A stretch of DNA of 39,090 bases from Erysipelotrichaceae bacterium (GTDB lineage: Bacteria > Bacillota_I > Bacilli_A > RFN20 > CAG-826): positions 1 to 39,090 of the forward strand of contig JAISVG010000044.1 in NCBI GenBank assembly GCA_031271635.1, read 5' to 3'. Below, piece by piece: positions 17,505 to 27,967 of this stretch (position 1 is the stretch's first letter; each line of letters begins with the position of its first letter). The position numbers and the translations under genes were made by a program. The notes below the pieces were generated by a model that saw only the letters and a program-made list of their open reading frames with translations, was not told the DNA's origin and made no database searches.

Positions 17505-19489
17505 TGCTGCTCGCGCTTTTTCTTAGTCTTGTGGCAGGAATTCTTCTTTCGTCTGAAGGAATAATTCTGTCGCTTTTTCTCCTTGGTCTTCCGCTCGTCA
17601 TCTTGGTACGGAAAAAACGTTACTCTGGTCTTTTTATTATTGGAACTGGTTTTGCGGTTGGGATTCTTTTAAGATATCTTCCCTTTGAACTGACACATCA
17701 GGGTCGCATATACGGGGTTATTATTAAAAGAAGCGAGGACTATTTTGTGATTAAGTCGCTATTTAAGCGTTATTACATCCAAAGACCAGATCATTCTTTT
17801 GAAGTGGGAGATTTCATTTTGCTTCAAGGTACGAAAGCGACTTTTAATTTTACTACCTATGAATCACGTTTTAACTTTAATGAGTATCTTAACGGACTAG
17901 GAGTGACTAATTCAATTGAAGTTCAAGAACTTTCTTTAATTCTAAAGAGTGTTTTTCGCTCTCATGCTCTTAGTAGTTTTCTCGAGGGTCTGTTTTATGG
18001 TCCGGGTCATGGAATTATTAACGGAATGTTTTTTGGGACCACAAACGATGTGGTAACTGCTGTTTATGATATCGAACTAGGAAGAATCTTTTCTGAGACA
18101 GGTCTCTTGCATTTATGCTTTGTTTTAGTTATTGATCGGGCTTTAGGGCGTTTTAAAAAAGGAAAGGTTGCTTTTCTTATTAAGTTTTGTTTGGTTCTAT
18201 TTTTGTGGTACTTAAATCCGGCATCATTCGCCCTAATGCGCATGCTTTTCCTCTATCTCAGCATACTTTATTGCAAGCAGCAGCGTCATCCAAGAACTTT
18301 GACTCTGAATCTTTCTTTTGGCATCATGATGCTCTTATATAATCCCTTTCTTGTTAATGATTTAGCCTTTGGTTTTACATATTTTGTTATTATTTTTCGC
18401 GAGTTTTTTCATCCTCGTGGCTTAGTTTTTAGAAGAATAAAGCGGCTACTGTTTCTTTTTGTAGTGACAACTCCTCTCTTAGTTTATTATCAAGGAGTCA
18501 TTAATATTTTTGGTCTCATTTTTGTGATTCCACTCCAAATAATGATCCTTGGGGGCGTTATTCTAAGCATCTTATCCTTAGTTTTGCCGTTAAATTTCGT
18601 AATAGTCTCCTATGAAAAACTCTTTTTAAGGACGATTAGCTTTGTTGGGGGAGTGGATGGGAGGATATACTTTCCTGAGTTGACTCTTACGGGATTAGTT
18701 TTTCTGATTCTAGGAGTTTTGGGAGTTATATACGCGATTGAGAGTAGAAATAAGCGGCAAAAACGCGCTATTTTTGGAATTATAACGATGCCACTTTTAA
18801 TAACATTTCTTCCACTTAATCACTTATACGAGAGCAAAGTTGTCTTTATTAATGTCGGTCAGGGTGATGCTACCTTGATTCGTCACCGCGACTTGACAAT
18901 CCTCATTGATACTGGAGGAAATCAGAGCTTTGAAATCGCAGATGAAATAATTATTCCATTTCTTAAAAAAGAAGGCGTTTTTGCGCTTGATTATTTAATT
19001 ACTACTCATGATGACTTTGATCATAATGGCGGTGTAATGAGTTTAACGAAAAAGTTTCCCGTGCACCATTTTTACTCACGCCATAATTTCATGCCGATTT
19101 ATTATCGCGGAACCATTTTTCTTCAGAATCACAATCACTTAGCATCACAAGACGAAAATGATAGTTCGCTGGTTTTGTCTTTTAGACTTAGCCGTACTAA
19201 TTTCCTCCTGCTAGGTGATGCCAGGGCTTCCGTTTTAGAAACAATCATGATGATGACGCCTACTTTAACGGCAGATGTTCTAAAGCTTAGTCATCATGGT
19301 GCTCGAAACGGAACTTCAACTAAACTTCTTGATTTATTAAAGCCAGACGAGGTGATTATTAGTGTTGCTGCGATCAACCGGTATGGACATCCTGATGAGG
19401 ATCTTCTTCTTGAACTAAAGAAACGTCACATTAAAACTCATCTCACTTCCAAGTCGGGGAGTATTGAGTATTCTTACTATTTTGGCTAA
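17504..19489 (+). CDS. comEC: ComEC/Rec2 DNA internalization channel with C-terminal metallo-beta-lactamase domain
   Basis: 661 aa with a polytopic competence domain, then VVFINVGQGDA.LI, THDDFDHNGG and LKLSHHG. The start shares 1 nt with the comEA stop. Confidence 0.9.
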   Translation: MLLALFLSLVAGILLSSEGIILSLFLLGLPLVILVRKKRYSGLFIIGTGFAVGILLRYLPFELTHQGRIYGVIIKRSEDYFVIKSLFKRYYIQRPDHSFEVGDFILLQGTKATFNFTTYESRFNFNEYLNGLGVTNSIEVQELSLILKSVFRSHALSSFLEGLFYGPGHGIINGMFFGTTNDVVTAVYDIELGRIFSETGLLHLCFVLVIDRALGRFKKGKVAFLIKFCLVLFLWYLNPASFALMRMLFLYLSILYCKQQRHPRTLTLNLSFGIMMLLYNPFLVNDLAFGFTYFVIIFREFFHPRGLVFRRIKRLLFLFVVTTPLLVYYQGVINIFGLIFVIPLQIMILGGVILSILSLVLPLNFVIVSYEKLFLRTISFVGGVDGRIYFPELTLTGLVFLILGVLGVIYAIESRNKRQKRAIFGIITMPLLITFLPLNHLYESKVVFINVGQGDATLIRHRDLTILIDTGGNQSFEIADEIIIPFLKKEGVFALDYLITTHDDFDHNGGVMSLTKKFPVHHFYSRHNFMPIYYRGTIFLQNHNHLASQDENDSSLVLSFRLSRTNFLLLGDARASVLETIMMMTPTLTADVLKLSHHGARNGTSTKLLDLLKPDEVIISVAAINRYGHPDEDLLLELKKRHIKTHLTSKSGSIEYSYYFG

Positions 19490-19508
19490 TTCTAGGTATA
19501 ATTTACTT

Positions 19509-20423
19509 ATGAAAATAGTCTATCTTACAAATCAATTTGATCTTCTCAAAAAAGAGATTTTAGATGATTTAAAGAAGAATTATTCATCCTTAGAACAAGT
19601 TTATCTTCACGGTGATGATTTAAATAACATCAACAACACATTAAGTGAAGGCACTATTTTTTTAAATGACATTGTTTATATAATTGATAATCCCTATTTT
19701 CTTTTTGAAAAAGACAGTATCGCGACGGAACTTTTCTTAAAACTAGCCGCGCTTCCAGAACTCAATATTATTATCCTTTTCGATACAATTGTTGAAGCTA
19801 GTTTGCTGATTCCTTTGAAGAAGAGTTTTAACCTGATGACGAAGCGCTACGAGAAAGAAGTAGTCCATGAATATATTAAAACTTATTTGTTCCAAAACGG
19901 TGTTACCATTGATCCTAATGCTGTTTCATTATTCTATGATTTTTTAAGTGAAAACATGCTCCTTTTAATGAGCGAACTACAAAAAATCACCACTTATAAA
20001 GATCACCTAACTACTAGTGATATTCAAGAAATTGTAAGTGATGTTTCTAATATTCGTGTTTATGAACTGACGAATGCCATTATGGAACAACAATTCTATT
20101 TAGCGTACGTGAGGTTTCAAAAATTGATGCGACTGCAATTTTCCGTTGAGGCTTTAGTAACAATTCTTTATAATGAGTTTCGAAAATACTTACTTGTAAA
20201 AGAAATGATTGAAAAAAAGTACTCTTATGAAGCAATTATTGAAGCGTTAAATGTTAAGGCTTTACCACTTAGTAAATTAAACGCTAACGCGATTAAGATT
20301 ACTACTTTAAAGCGCATGATTCAAGCACTTAATGAACTTGAATTTCAAATAAAAAGTGGCCAGATTGGCCACTTAATGGGGATCGAACTTTTTATTCTAA
20401 ATCTTTCAACTATAATGAGTTAA
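19509..20423 (+). CDS. holA: DNA polymerase III delta subunit (probable)
   Basis: 304 aa from ATG 19509 (MKIVYLTN..). Size and the conserved comEC-holA / rpsT (convergent) synteny of Firmicutes support the call. Sequence motifs are weak by eye. Confidence 0.65.
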   Translation: MKIVYLTNQFDLLKKEILDDLKKNYSSLEQVYLHGDDLNNINNTLSEGTIFLNDIVYIIDNPYFLFEKDSIATELFLKLAALPELNIIILFDTIVEASLLIPLKKSFNLMTKRYEKEVVHEYIKTYLFQNGVTIDPNAVSLFYDFLSENMLLLMSELQKITTYKDHLTTSDIQEIVSDVSNIRVYELTNAIMEQQFYLAYVRFQKLMRLQFSVEALVTILYNEFRKYLLVKEMIEKKYSYEAIIEALNVKALPLSKLNANAIKITTLKRMIQALNELEFQIKSGQIGHLMGIELFILNLSTIMS

Positions 20424-20670
20424 CAAGATTAGCTAGTGTTGATTTTTGACGAGCCGCGGTCTTATAGTGTTGGACGTGTTTTGAAACTGACTTATCAATT
20501 AAACTATTGGCTTTGGCGAGTTCAACTAAAGCGAGTTCCTTGTCGTTTTTAGTAACTGCAAGGCGGACCCTTTTTGCTTGAGTTCTCATTTTAGATTTAA
20601 AAGATGAATTTCTTAAATTTGCCGCTTTTGAAGTACGGTCGCTTTTTACTTGGGATTTGTTTACTTTCAT
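20410..20670 (-). CDS. rpsT: 30S ribosomal protein S20
   Basis: Basic 86-aa protein (K..KSDRTSKAANLRNSSFKSKMRT..K.). SD AAGGAG lies 5 nt before the second ATG (20670); the first ATG is at 20673. The 3' end overlaps holA by 14 nt. Confidence 0.9.
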   Translation of the reverse strand: MKVNKSQVKSDRTSKAANLRNSSFKSKMRTQAKRVRLAVTKNDKELALVELAKANSLIDKSVSKHVQHYKTAARQKSTLANLVNSL

Positions 20671-20692
20671 CATTGCTCCTTATGCTTTGTTA

Positions 20693-20721
20693 ATTTTAGC
20701 AGAAAACTAAAACTATATCAA
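20693..20721 (-). promoter_or_regulatory. rpsT promoter
   Basis: On the minus strand: TTGATA (20721-20716), 17-nt spacer, extended -10 TGCTAAAAT (20701-20693). Confidence 0.5.
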
Positions 20722-20730
20722 TCAATATCT

Positions 20731-22731
20731 TTATTTCTTTGTAAGAGAATATTTTACTTCACGGTAGAAGTCAATGACATTCGTCAATTGACCAATCATA
20801 TTATCAGAGATACTAATATTAAAAGTTTCTTCAACATCACTAATGAGTTGGATATAGGAAAGCGAATCTCCTCCAAAATCAGTGATAAAATGTCCGGTAT
20901 TAGTAATCTTTTCCGGAGGTAAAATAAGAATCTTTGAGAAGATAATCTTTAAAGGCTTGATATATTTTTCTTCATCTTCTGGAAGAATGACTACTAAGTC
21001 GCTTGTTGTGGTATTCTCGTCAGCGCTGATGTATTCATTTGGCATGGCAAGAATTAGTTTTCGTAGTTCGTTACGACGGACTTTAAGAGAACTAGAAAGT
21101 GGAATCTCGATGTTGGTGAAGAGAACCCGATTCGGTTTTAGATGCAAAGGCAGTTTATTTGTGACACTGAAGATGCTGGTTTTTAAGACTTCAAACTCTT
21201 CGTTTGTAAGATCTTTCTTTTGATTAATTACTAAGACAATTTCCTCGGTATTCGGAAGATAACTAATTCCTAATACGGAAAGTCTTGTAATATCTTTAAT
21301 ATCCTTATAGAAAGCCTCAACTTCATCAGGATAGACGTTTTCCCCGTTTTCCTTAATAATGATTTCCTTAATTCTTCCTTTGATAAAGTAGTTACCATGT
21401 TGGTCCATCATTGCCATATCACCAGTTGCGAAAAAGCCGTCTTGGTCAAGAGGTACCGCGGTATTAACATTATTAATGATTTCTCCTGAATGGAGGTAGG
21501 TTGATTTGACGAGTAATTCTCCAATTCCTTCAGCATTAGGATTCTTAATCCGATATTCAGTGCCGTAGAAAGGGCGGCCAATGGAGTTGAGGCAACGGCC
21601 GGCGATGGTATTAGAAAAATCGACACTAGTAATGCCGCATTCCGTCATTCCAAAGCCGTTATGAAGCGGATAACCAAGGCCATTAATGGTCTCTAAAGTA
21701 TTACTTGATAAGTAACCACCTCCTGAGATGCAAAAGCGAAGATGAGTTCCCAGAATACTCGCCTGCACTTTCTTGGTAATGGGCTTAAAGGCCGCAATAT
21801 TGGCCTTTAGTAAGGAGATTTTCCCTAAATTATATTTAATGATATTATTTACTAATTGCTTTTTAACTGGTTTTTCAAGATCTAAAGTTCGATTTAAGGT
21901 TTGAACAACGCTATCCCAGAAAAGCGGGACACTAAAGACGTGAGTCACTTTTAGTTCCTTACAGGCTCCTACTAAATCTTTTGGTTGGAACTGAGCCGGG
22001 AAGATGATTGTTTTACCATAAAACGTAAACCAAAGCATAATCGCTACAAAGCCAAAAATATGATGGAAAGGTAGTGAAGCTAAGATTCTTAAATCCCCAG
22101 TTTTCCTGGGGAAAACAATATCAGCTGAGAACTCACCCATCTTTTTAGCCGCAAAAACTTGTTGCACGATACTGGCTTCATCATGAACAATGAGTTTTGG
22201 GGTTCCCGTTGTTCCTGAGGTGACAAAGAGAATTGAAGCTCCTGGTACATAAGAATAAGCCACATTAGCATTAGCGATTTTTTCAACATCACTAAGCGAA
22301 TATGAAGCTACTTTATAGGTATCTTTAGCGTTAGTAAAAAGAAGCGAACACTTTGTTGTTATTAAAAGATTATTGGTAATGTCTTTACTGGCTCTGGCAT
22401 CAATAAGAATTGGGGTATAACCATTTAAGACAATCGCCCATAAAAGATAGATAAAATCACCAGAATTACTGTATTTTAGTCCCACTGGTTTATTAATAGG
22501 ATAGGCTTCTAAAACAACTTTAATCTTGGGCAGTAAGACCTCCATCCGTTTCTCAAAGGCTCGGTAAGTAGTGGCAGTATCCTTACCATTAAGGTCTCTT
22601 TCAATAAAAATGGTTCCAGAACCATCGTTTGAAACCATTGTTTGATAAATCCCTCGGTAAGTTTGATCTTGGCTTAGTAAACCAAGGTTAATGTTGATAT
22701 AATCAATCGCGCGTTTATTTCGTTTTTTCAT
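20731..22731 (-). CDS. stand-alone adenylation (AMP-binding) enzyme fused to a C-terminal phosphopantetheine carrier domain
   Basis: 666 aa from ATG 22731 (SD AGGA upstream). Adenylation core motifs are FVTSGTTGTPK, GFGMTECG, ATGDMA, GRIKEIIIKENGENVYPDEVE and a late LKVRR Lys. The C-terminal ~75 aa carry FGGDSLSYIQL, the carrier Ser motif. Confidence 0.8.
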   Translation of the reverse strand: MKKRNKRAIDYININLGLLSQDQTYRGIYQTMVSNDGSGTIFIERDLNGKDTATTYRAFEKRMEVLLPKIKVVLEAYPINKPVGLKYSNSGDFIYLLWAIVLNGYTPILIDARASKDITNNLLITTKCSLLFTNAKDTYKVASYSLSDVEKIANANVAYSYVPGASILFVTSGTTGTPKLIVHDEASIVQQVFAAKKMGEFSADIVFPRKTGDLRILASLPFHHIFGFVAIMLWFTFYGKTIIFPAQFQPKDLVGACKELKVTHVFSVPLFWDSVVQTLNRTLDLEKPVKKQLVNNIIKYNLGKISLLKANIAAFKPITKKVQASILGTHLRFCISGGGYLSSNTLETINGLGYPLHNGFGMTECGITSVDFSNTIAGRCLNSIGRPFYGTEYRIKNPNAEGIGELLVKSTYLHSGEIINNVNTAVPLDQDGFFATGDMAMMDQHGNYFIKGRIKEIIIKENGENVYPDEVEAFYKDIKDITRLSVLGISYLPNTEEIVLVINQKKDLTNEEFEVLKTSIFSVTNKLPLHLKPNRVLFTNIEIPLSSSLKVRRNELRKLILAMPNEYISADENTTTSDLVVILPEDEEKYIKPLKIIFSKILILPPEKITNTGHFITDFGGDSLSYIQLISDVEETFNISISDNMIGQLTNVIDFYREVKYSLTKK

Positions 22732-22750
22732 AAAATTCCTTTCTAGTATA

Positions 22751-22778
22751 ATTATATTCATGTTTATTATTATTTCAA
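22751..22778 (-). promoter_or_regulatory. promoter of the adenylation-carrier gene
   Basis: On the minus strand: TTGAAA (22778-22773), 16-nt spacer, TATAAT (22756-22751). Confidence 0.45.
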
Positions 22779-22804
22779 GCGACATGTTTATATGAGATAA
22801 TAAG

Positions 22805-23737
22805 ATGGTGAAAGCAATACGAATTCTCTTTTTTGGAACTCCATGTTTAGCCGCTAAGCTCCTTGAAGCTTTAATTATTAACGATTATCAAATTGTTGGA
22901 GTCATCACGAAAGCTGATGCAAAAAGTACTCGTAGTAAAGATTTACTTCCCACTCCAACCAAAGAAATTGCCCAAAAATACCAGATTCCAGTGTTCACTC
23001 CAAGAAGAATTAAGGATGATTACCAGTTCATTATTGATTTAAAAATTGATCTTATTATTTGTATTAGTTACGGACAAATCATTCCTGAAGCAGTCTTGAA
23101 ACTGCCTCGATATGGGGCACTAAATTTTCATGGATCATTACTACCAAAGCTTCGTGGTGCCGCCCCGCTTCAGCGGGCGATTGAACAAGGAATGAAAGAA
23201 ACTGGCTTTACTCTCATGGAAATGGTAAAAGAAATGGATGCGGGGATGATGTATGATAAAGTCGTTATTCCTTTCCTTCAAAATGAGATTTATACTGACT
23301 TTTTAAAACGTATCGAACCAATAGTGGTCGATTTCGCCTTAAAATCAATCCCATGTTATTTGAAAGGAAAGTACCAAGGAGTACCTCAAGATATTAATCA
23401 AGTGACTTTTGCCCCAATGCTCCAAAAAGAAGAGCAGCATCTTAGTCCGGCGGTTTTAAAGCAAGATTTCGTCAATAAAGTTCGTGCTTTTACTGACCTC
23501 CCTGGTGTTTATTTGCTATATGGCTTAAAACGCTTAAAAATCTTTAGTGTTGAAGTTCATGATGATACCTTAGGACAGCCGGGTCTTGTTCGTGAAGTTA
23601 CTAAAACAGGCTTAATTCTTCAGGTTAAAGATGGTACCATCTTAATTAAAGAAGTGCAGATTGAGGAAAAATCACGCGTTAAGGCTCTCGATTTTTATCA
23701 TGGCCACCGCGATGTGGTTGGTAAATTTCTTACCTAA
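22805..23737 (+). CDS. fmt: methionyl-tRNA formyltransferase
   Basis: 310 aa with IRILFFGTP, NFHGSLLPKLRGAAPLQRAI and a C-terminal beta-barrel domain. Confidence 0.9.
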   Translation: MVKAIRILFFGTPCLAAKLLEALIINDYQIVGVITKADAKSTRSKDLLPTPTKEIAQKYQIPVFTPRRIKDDYQFIIDLKIDLIICISYGQIIPEAVLKLPRYGALNFHGSLLPKLRGAAPLQRAIEQGMKETGFTLMEMVKEMDAGMMYDKVVIPFLQNEIYTDFLKRIEPIVVDFALKSIPCYLKGKYQGVPQDINQVTFAPMLQKEEQHLSPAVLKQDFVNKVRAFTDLPGVYLLYGLKRLKIFSVEVHDDTLGQPGLVREVTKTGLILQVKDGTILIKEVQIEEKSRVKALDFYHGHRDVVGKFLT

Positions 23738-26100
23738 TGAAAACAGTTTTAAAATTAAGTGTCCATCAGCTGGTCGATTTTTTGCTCCGTAAAGGCAGCA
23801 TTGATGATCGCATTTTTAATCAAAACACTATGAATGAAGGAAGTCGCCTTCATCTCATCTATCAAAGTCAAGCCACCCAGGATGTTTTAATTGAAAGATA
23901 TCTACAAGAAAACTTTGATCTTCTTGACTATCAAATTACTCTTAGCGGAAAAGCCGACCTCATCCGCGATGTTAGCAAGAAGATTCCAATGATCGAAGAA
24001 GTTAAAACTTCGCGCGGCGATACCAGTGAATACGCTAAAGAGAATCTTGACTGGCATTTAGGGCAGGCAAAATGCTATGCCTATATGTACGCAAAAGAGC
24101 ATCAACTCTTGGAGATTAAAGTAAAATTAGTCTATATTTCACAGGATACGAAAGCGGAAGTCTATACACATATTGAACTTTTTGACTTTGAAACTTTAAG
24201 ACAAGACATTTATCAATTTTTAACGGACTACCTTAATTATTTTTTAGAGATTGAAGCCCAAAAGGCGCTTCGTGATCAAAGTTTAATGAAGTTAAAGTTT
24301 CCCTTTCCTTATTACCGTGAAGGACAGGCAGAATTAATGCGAGTCGTGGATGACGCCTTAATTAATAAGGAAGATCTTTTTATTGAAGGCGCGACAGGAA
24401 GCGGAAAAACTATTTCAACACTTTATCCCGCTATTAAGAATCTTTATGGTACGGTCGAGCGGAAGATCTTTTTCTTAACCGCCAAGAATTCCGGAATCGA
24501 AGCCGCTGAAAAGGCGCTGCTGATTCTTGGCGCTGCTGGCTTTAAGGGGAAAACAGTTTCCATTCGTTCTAAGGAAAAGACCTGCCCTTTTAAAGATCGA
24601 CTCTGTAATCCTGATGACTGCGAACTAGCGCTTAACTATTATGAAAAAATTAATCAAGTCGTTTTGAAAACTTTTGCTAAATATGATCTTATTACTCCTG
24701 ATAAGATCATGGAGATTGCAGTTGAAACAGCAGTCTGTCCCTTTGAACTGCAACTTGATCTTTCTACTTATGCCGATGTGATTCTTTGTGACTATAACTA
24801 CTTTTTTGATCCGATTGTCTTTTTTCAGCGGCATTTCCTCGATGATTATAGTGATGATCTTATTTTAGTTGATGAGGCCCATAATCTTAAAAGACGAAGT
24901 GAGGACATGTTTTCAATTGAGTTTCCGCTTTCGTTAATTCATCATGTTGTTCAAGATTTTCCGCTGATTGAGGATCCAGTCCTTGTTAGGTCGATAAAGA
25001 GTCTTCTGACTCACTTTAAAAAACTAACTGCTTTATACTGTGATGAATATACTGTGCTTGAGACCTTTGATCCAAAACTCATGACTCGAATCGAAACTTT
25101 CAATAAAAATTTTATCGAATATGGAAAGGAGAAGCATCAAAAACGGATTAAGTCTTTGGTTGACTTATTCTTTGTCACGAATCGTTTTATTAAGATTAAT
25201 GAACTCGCCACAACGACCTCCTTTATTCGTTATGCGAGAGTCACGATCAGCGAGGCTACTTTTTGTATTAACTGTCTTAGTAGTAAAGATCATCTTAAAA
25301 AACTCATTGAAGGTGCTGGTGCGACAATCTTCTTTTCCGCAACTCTTTCTCCAATTGAATACTATAAGGAAGTCCTTGGTGGTAAGAGTAGTGATTCTTA
25401 CTATGCGGTAACGTCGCCCTTTTCAAAAGATCGTTTTAAAGTATTCTTTGCGACTGGTCTTGATTTAAGATATCATTACCGTGACCAGTATCTCGAGGCG
25501 GTTGCAGATTATATTAAAATTGCGATTTCAAAGCGAACCGGCAACTACATTGCTTATTTTCCTAGTTTTGAATATTTAAACAAAGTGCTCCCATATTTAA
25601 TAGCGTTAAAGATAAAACTGGTAGTTCAAAGTCAAAAAATGACCCTCAGTGAGCAAAGCGCCTTTCTTGCTCATTTTGAACCTCATCCGGAGATCACTAC
25701 TTTAGGACTTTGTATTACGGGCGGCATCTTTTCTGAAAGTATTGACCTCATTGAAGAACGACTCGCTGGAGTAATTATTGTGGGACTAAGTCTTCCTAAT
25801 GTTAAAGATTTTCAGGTTCAAGCTCAGATCAAACATTTTAAAGATCAAGGTTTAAATGAATATCAATTTGCCCTCTGGTATCCGACGGTAGCGAAGTTAC
25901 TTCAAACTATTGGTCGGGTGATTCGTAGTGAGAAAGACTCCGGTTTTGCGCTTTTAATTGACCAAAGGTTCCGTGATCGCTCTCACTATCAATACATTAC
26001 CAAGCGCTTTTCTAACTATGCTTTTGTCAGTAACGAGGAAGATTTTTCGCAGTCATTGTCCGGTTTTCTTGAAACATTAGAACTCGCTAGTGATGAGTAA
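23737..26100 (+). CDS. PD-(D/E)XK nuclease domain fused to an XPD/DinG-family Fe-S DNA helicase
   Basis: 787 aa. The N-terminal ~190 aa carry GKADLI .. IEEVKTS .. [10 protein letters not shown] (D..ExK..QxxxY). Then Walker A GATGSGKT, four Cys ([17 protein letters not shown]), [11 protein letters not shown], the DEAH box (VDEAHNL) and motif [13 protein letters not shown]. Confidence 0.8.
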   Translation: MKTVLKLSVHQLVDFLLRKGSIDDRIFNQNTMNEGSRLHLIYQSQATQDVLIERYLQENFDLLDYQITLSGKADLIRDVSKKIPMIEEVKTSRGDTSEYAKENLDWHLGQAKCYAYMYAKEHQLLEIKVKLVYISQDTKAEVYTHIELFDFETLRQDIYQFLTDYLNYFLEIEAQKALRDQSLMKLKFPFPYYREGQAELMRVVDDALINKEDLFIEGATGSGKTISTLYPAIKNLYGTVERKIFFLTAKNSGIEAAEKALLILGAAGFKGKTVSIRSKEKTCPFKDRLCNPDDCELALNYYEKINQVVLKTFAKYDLITPDKIMEIAVETAVCPFELQLDLSTYADVILCDYNYFFDPIVFFQRHFLDDYSDDLILVDEAHNLKRRSEDMFSIEFPLSLIHHVVQDFPLIEDPVLVRSIKSLLTHFKKLTALYCDEYTVLETFDPKLMTRIETFNKNFIEYGKEKHQKRIKSLVDLFFVTNRFIKINELATTTSFIRYARVTISEATFCINCLSSKDHLKKLIEGAGATIFFSATLSPIEYYKEVLGGKSSDSYYAVTSPFSKDRFKVFFATGLDLRYHYRDQYLEAVADYIKIAISKRTGNYIAYFPSFEYLNKVLPYLIALKIKLVVQSQKMTLSEQSAFLAHFEPHPEITTLGLCITGGIFSESIDLIEERLAGVIIVGLSLPNVKDFQVQAQIKHFKDQGLNEYQFALWYPTVAKLLQTIGRVIRSEKDSGFALLIDQRFRDRSHYQYITKRFSNYAFVSNEEDFSQSLSGFLETLELASDE

Positions 26101-26117
26101 AAATAGGATATAATAAT

Positions 26118-27920
26118 TTGGTGGATAAAAAATTCATTCGTAATTTCTCTATTATTGCCCATATCGATCACGGGAAATCAACAATCGCGGATCGCATTTT
26201 AGAGTTTACACATACCGTTTCATCTCGAGAAATGAAATCACAGCTTCTTGATTCCATGGACCTTGAACGCGAACGCGGTATTACCATTAAGCTTAATGCT
26301 GTAAGAGTTTTATACACTTATCACGATGATGAATATGTCTTTAACTTAATTGATACTCCAGGACACGTGGATTTTTCTTATGAAGTCTCCCGCTCGCTTG
26401 CGGCCTGTGAAGGTGCGCTTTTAATTGTCGATGCGACCCAAGGAGTGGAAGCTCAGACCCTTTCGAATGTCTATCTTGCTATCGATAATAATCTCACCAT
26501 TATTCCAGTGATTAATAAGATTGATCTTCCTTCCGCGGATGTCAATATGGTAAAACAACAGATTAAGGATAAAATCGGACTTAATCCCGATGACTGTGTC
26601 CTCGTCTCGGCAAAGATGGGAACTAATATTGCCGCTATTTTGGAGCAGATTGTGATGAAAATCCCCGCTCCTAAAGGTCAAGATCAAGGGCCACTAAAGG
26701 CTTTAATCTTTGATTCTTATTATGATTCATATCGTGGCGTGATTCCGCTAGTCAGGATTTTTGATGGTGAAATTCGTGTTGGAGACGAGATTCTCCTTTA
26801 TTCAAATCAGAAAAAATATTTAGTAACGGAATTAGGTGTTAGAACTCCAAAAGAAGTTAAGGTCGATGTTTTAAGAAGTGGTGAAGTTGGTTTTATCAGT
26901 GCTCAGATTAAAGATATTAAGGATATTCGTGTTGGAGATACGATTACTCTTGCCGCAATGCCGACTACGGACCCTTTTCCTGGTTATAAAATTATGCAGC
27001 CAATGGTCTATTCTGGTGTTTATCCCGTTGATAATAAAAAGTATAACGATTTAAGAGACGCTCTTGCGAAATTAGCCCTTAATGATGCCAGTCTTCGCTT
27101 TGAACCAGAAACTTCTTCAGCCTTAGGATTTGGCTTTAGAATGGGCTTTTTAGGCCTCCTCCATATGGATGTGATCCAGGAGCGGCTCGAACGCGAATAC
27201 GATATTAACCTCATTTTAACTTCACCCTCGGTTATTTATGAAATTGAACTCACAACCGGTGTCTTGATTAAACTTGATAATCCATCTAAACTTCCCGATT
27301 TAACCAAAATTAAGGAGATTCGTGAACCTTTTGTGAGAGCAGAGATTGTCTTACCAAAAGAATATGTTGGGGTGATTATGGAGTTATGCCAGAAAAGACG
27401 GGGCGTATATCTTGATTTAGTATATCTTGATGATTATCGCAGTGAACTTATTTATGAATTACCACTAAGTGAAATTATTTACAATTTTTTTGATCAGTTA
27501 AAAAGTCTCTCTAAAGGTTATGCTACCTTAGATTATGAGCCGCTTTCATATCGAGCTTCCAATCTTGCAAAGATGGATATTCTTCTTAATGGTGAAGTAG
27601 TTGACGCCTTATCAACCATCGTTTATAAGCCGACGGCCTTTAATCGCGCGAATGCCATGTGTTTAAAACTTAAAAACATCATTCCTAGGCAACAATTTGA
27701 AATTCCGATTCAAGCCGCGATTAATCATAAGATTATTGCCCGCGCGGATGTAAAAGCGGTTAGAAAAGATGTCTTAGCAAAATGTTATGGTGGTGATATC
27801 ACTAGAAAAAAGAAACTTCTTGAAAAGCAAAAAGAAGGAAAAAAGCGGATGAAGGCAATTGGTAGCGTGGAAGTACCACAAGAAGCATTTATGTCAATTC
27901 TTTCTTTAGATGATGATTAA
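26118..27920 (+). CDS. lepA: elongation factor 4
   Basis: 600 aa with [28 protein letters not shown] and the LepA-specific C-terminal domain. No upstream in-frame ATG, so the start is TTG 26118 or GTG 26121. Confidence 0.95.
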   Translation: MVDKKFIRNFSIIAHIDHGKSTIADRILEFTHTVSSREMKSQLLDSMDLERERGITIKLNAVRVLYTYHDDEYVFNLIDTPGHVDFSYEVSRSLAACEGALLIVDATQGVEAQTLSNVYLAIDNNLTIIPVINKIDLPSADVNMVKQQIKDKIGLNPDDCVLVSAKMGTNIAAILEQIVMKIPAPKGQDQGPLKALIFDSYYDSYRGVIPLVRIFDGEIRVGDEILLYSNQKKYLVTELGVRTPKEVKVDVLRSGEVGFISAQIKDIKDIRVGDTITLAAMPTTDPFPGYKIMQPMVYSGVYPVDNKKYNDLRDALAKLALNDASLRFEPETSSALGFGFRMGFLGLLHMDVIQERLEREYDINLILTSPSVIYEIELTTGVLIKLDNPSKLPDLTKIKEIREPFVRAEIVLPKEYVGVIMELCQKRRGVYLDLVYLDDYRSELIYELPLSEIIYNFFDQLKSLSKGYATLDYEPLSYRASNLAKMDILLNGEVVDALSTIVYKPTAFNRANAMCLKLKNIIPRQQFEIPIQAAINHKIIARADVKAVRKDVLAKCYGGDITRKKKLLEKQKEGKKRMKAIGSVEVPQEAFMSILSLDDD

Positions 27921-27952
27921 AGCAGTAAAATCTACTATTTTTATACTAATTA

Positions 27953-27961
27953 TGCTAAAAT
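27953..27961 (+). promoter_or_regulatory. extended -10 element abutting the 27968 start codon
   Basis: TGCTAAAAT at 27953-27961 lies 6 nt before ATG 27968. No SD is present. Confidence 0.4.
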
Positions 27962-27967
27962 GACGAT

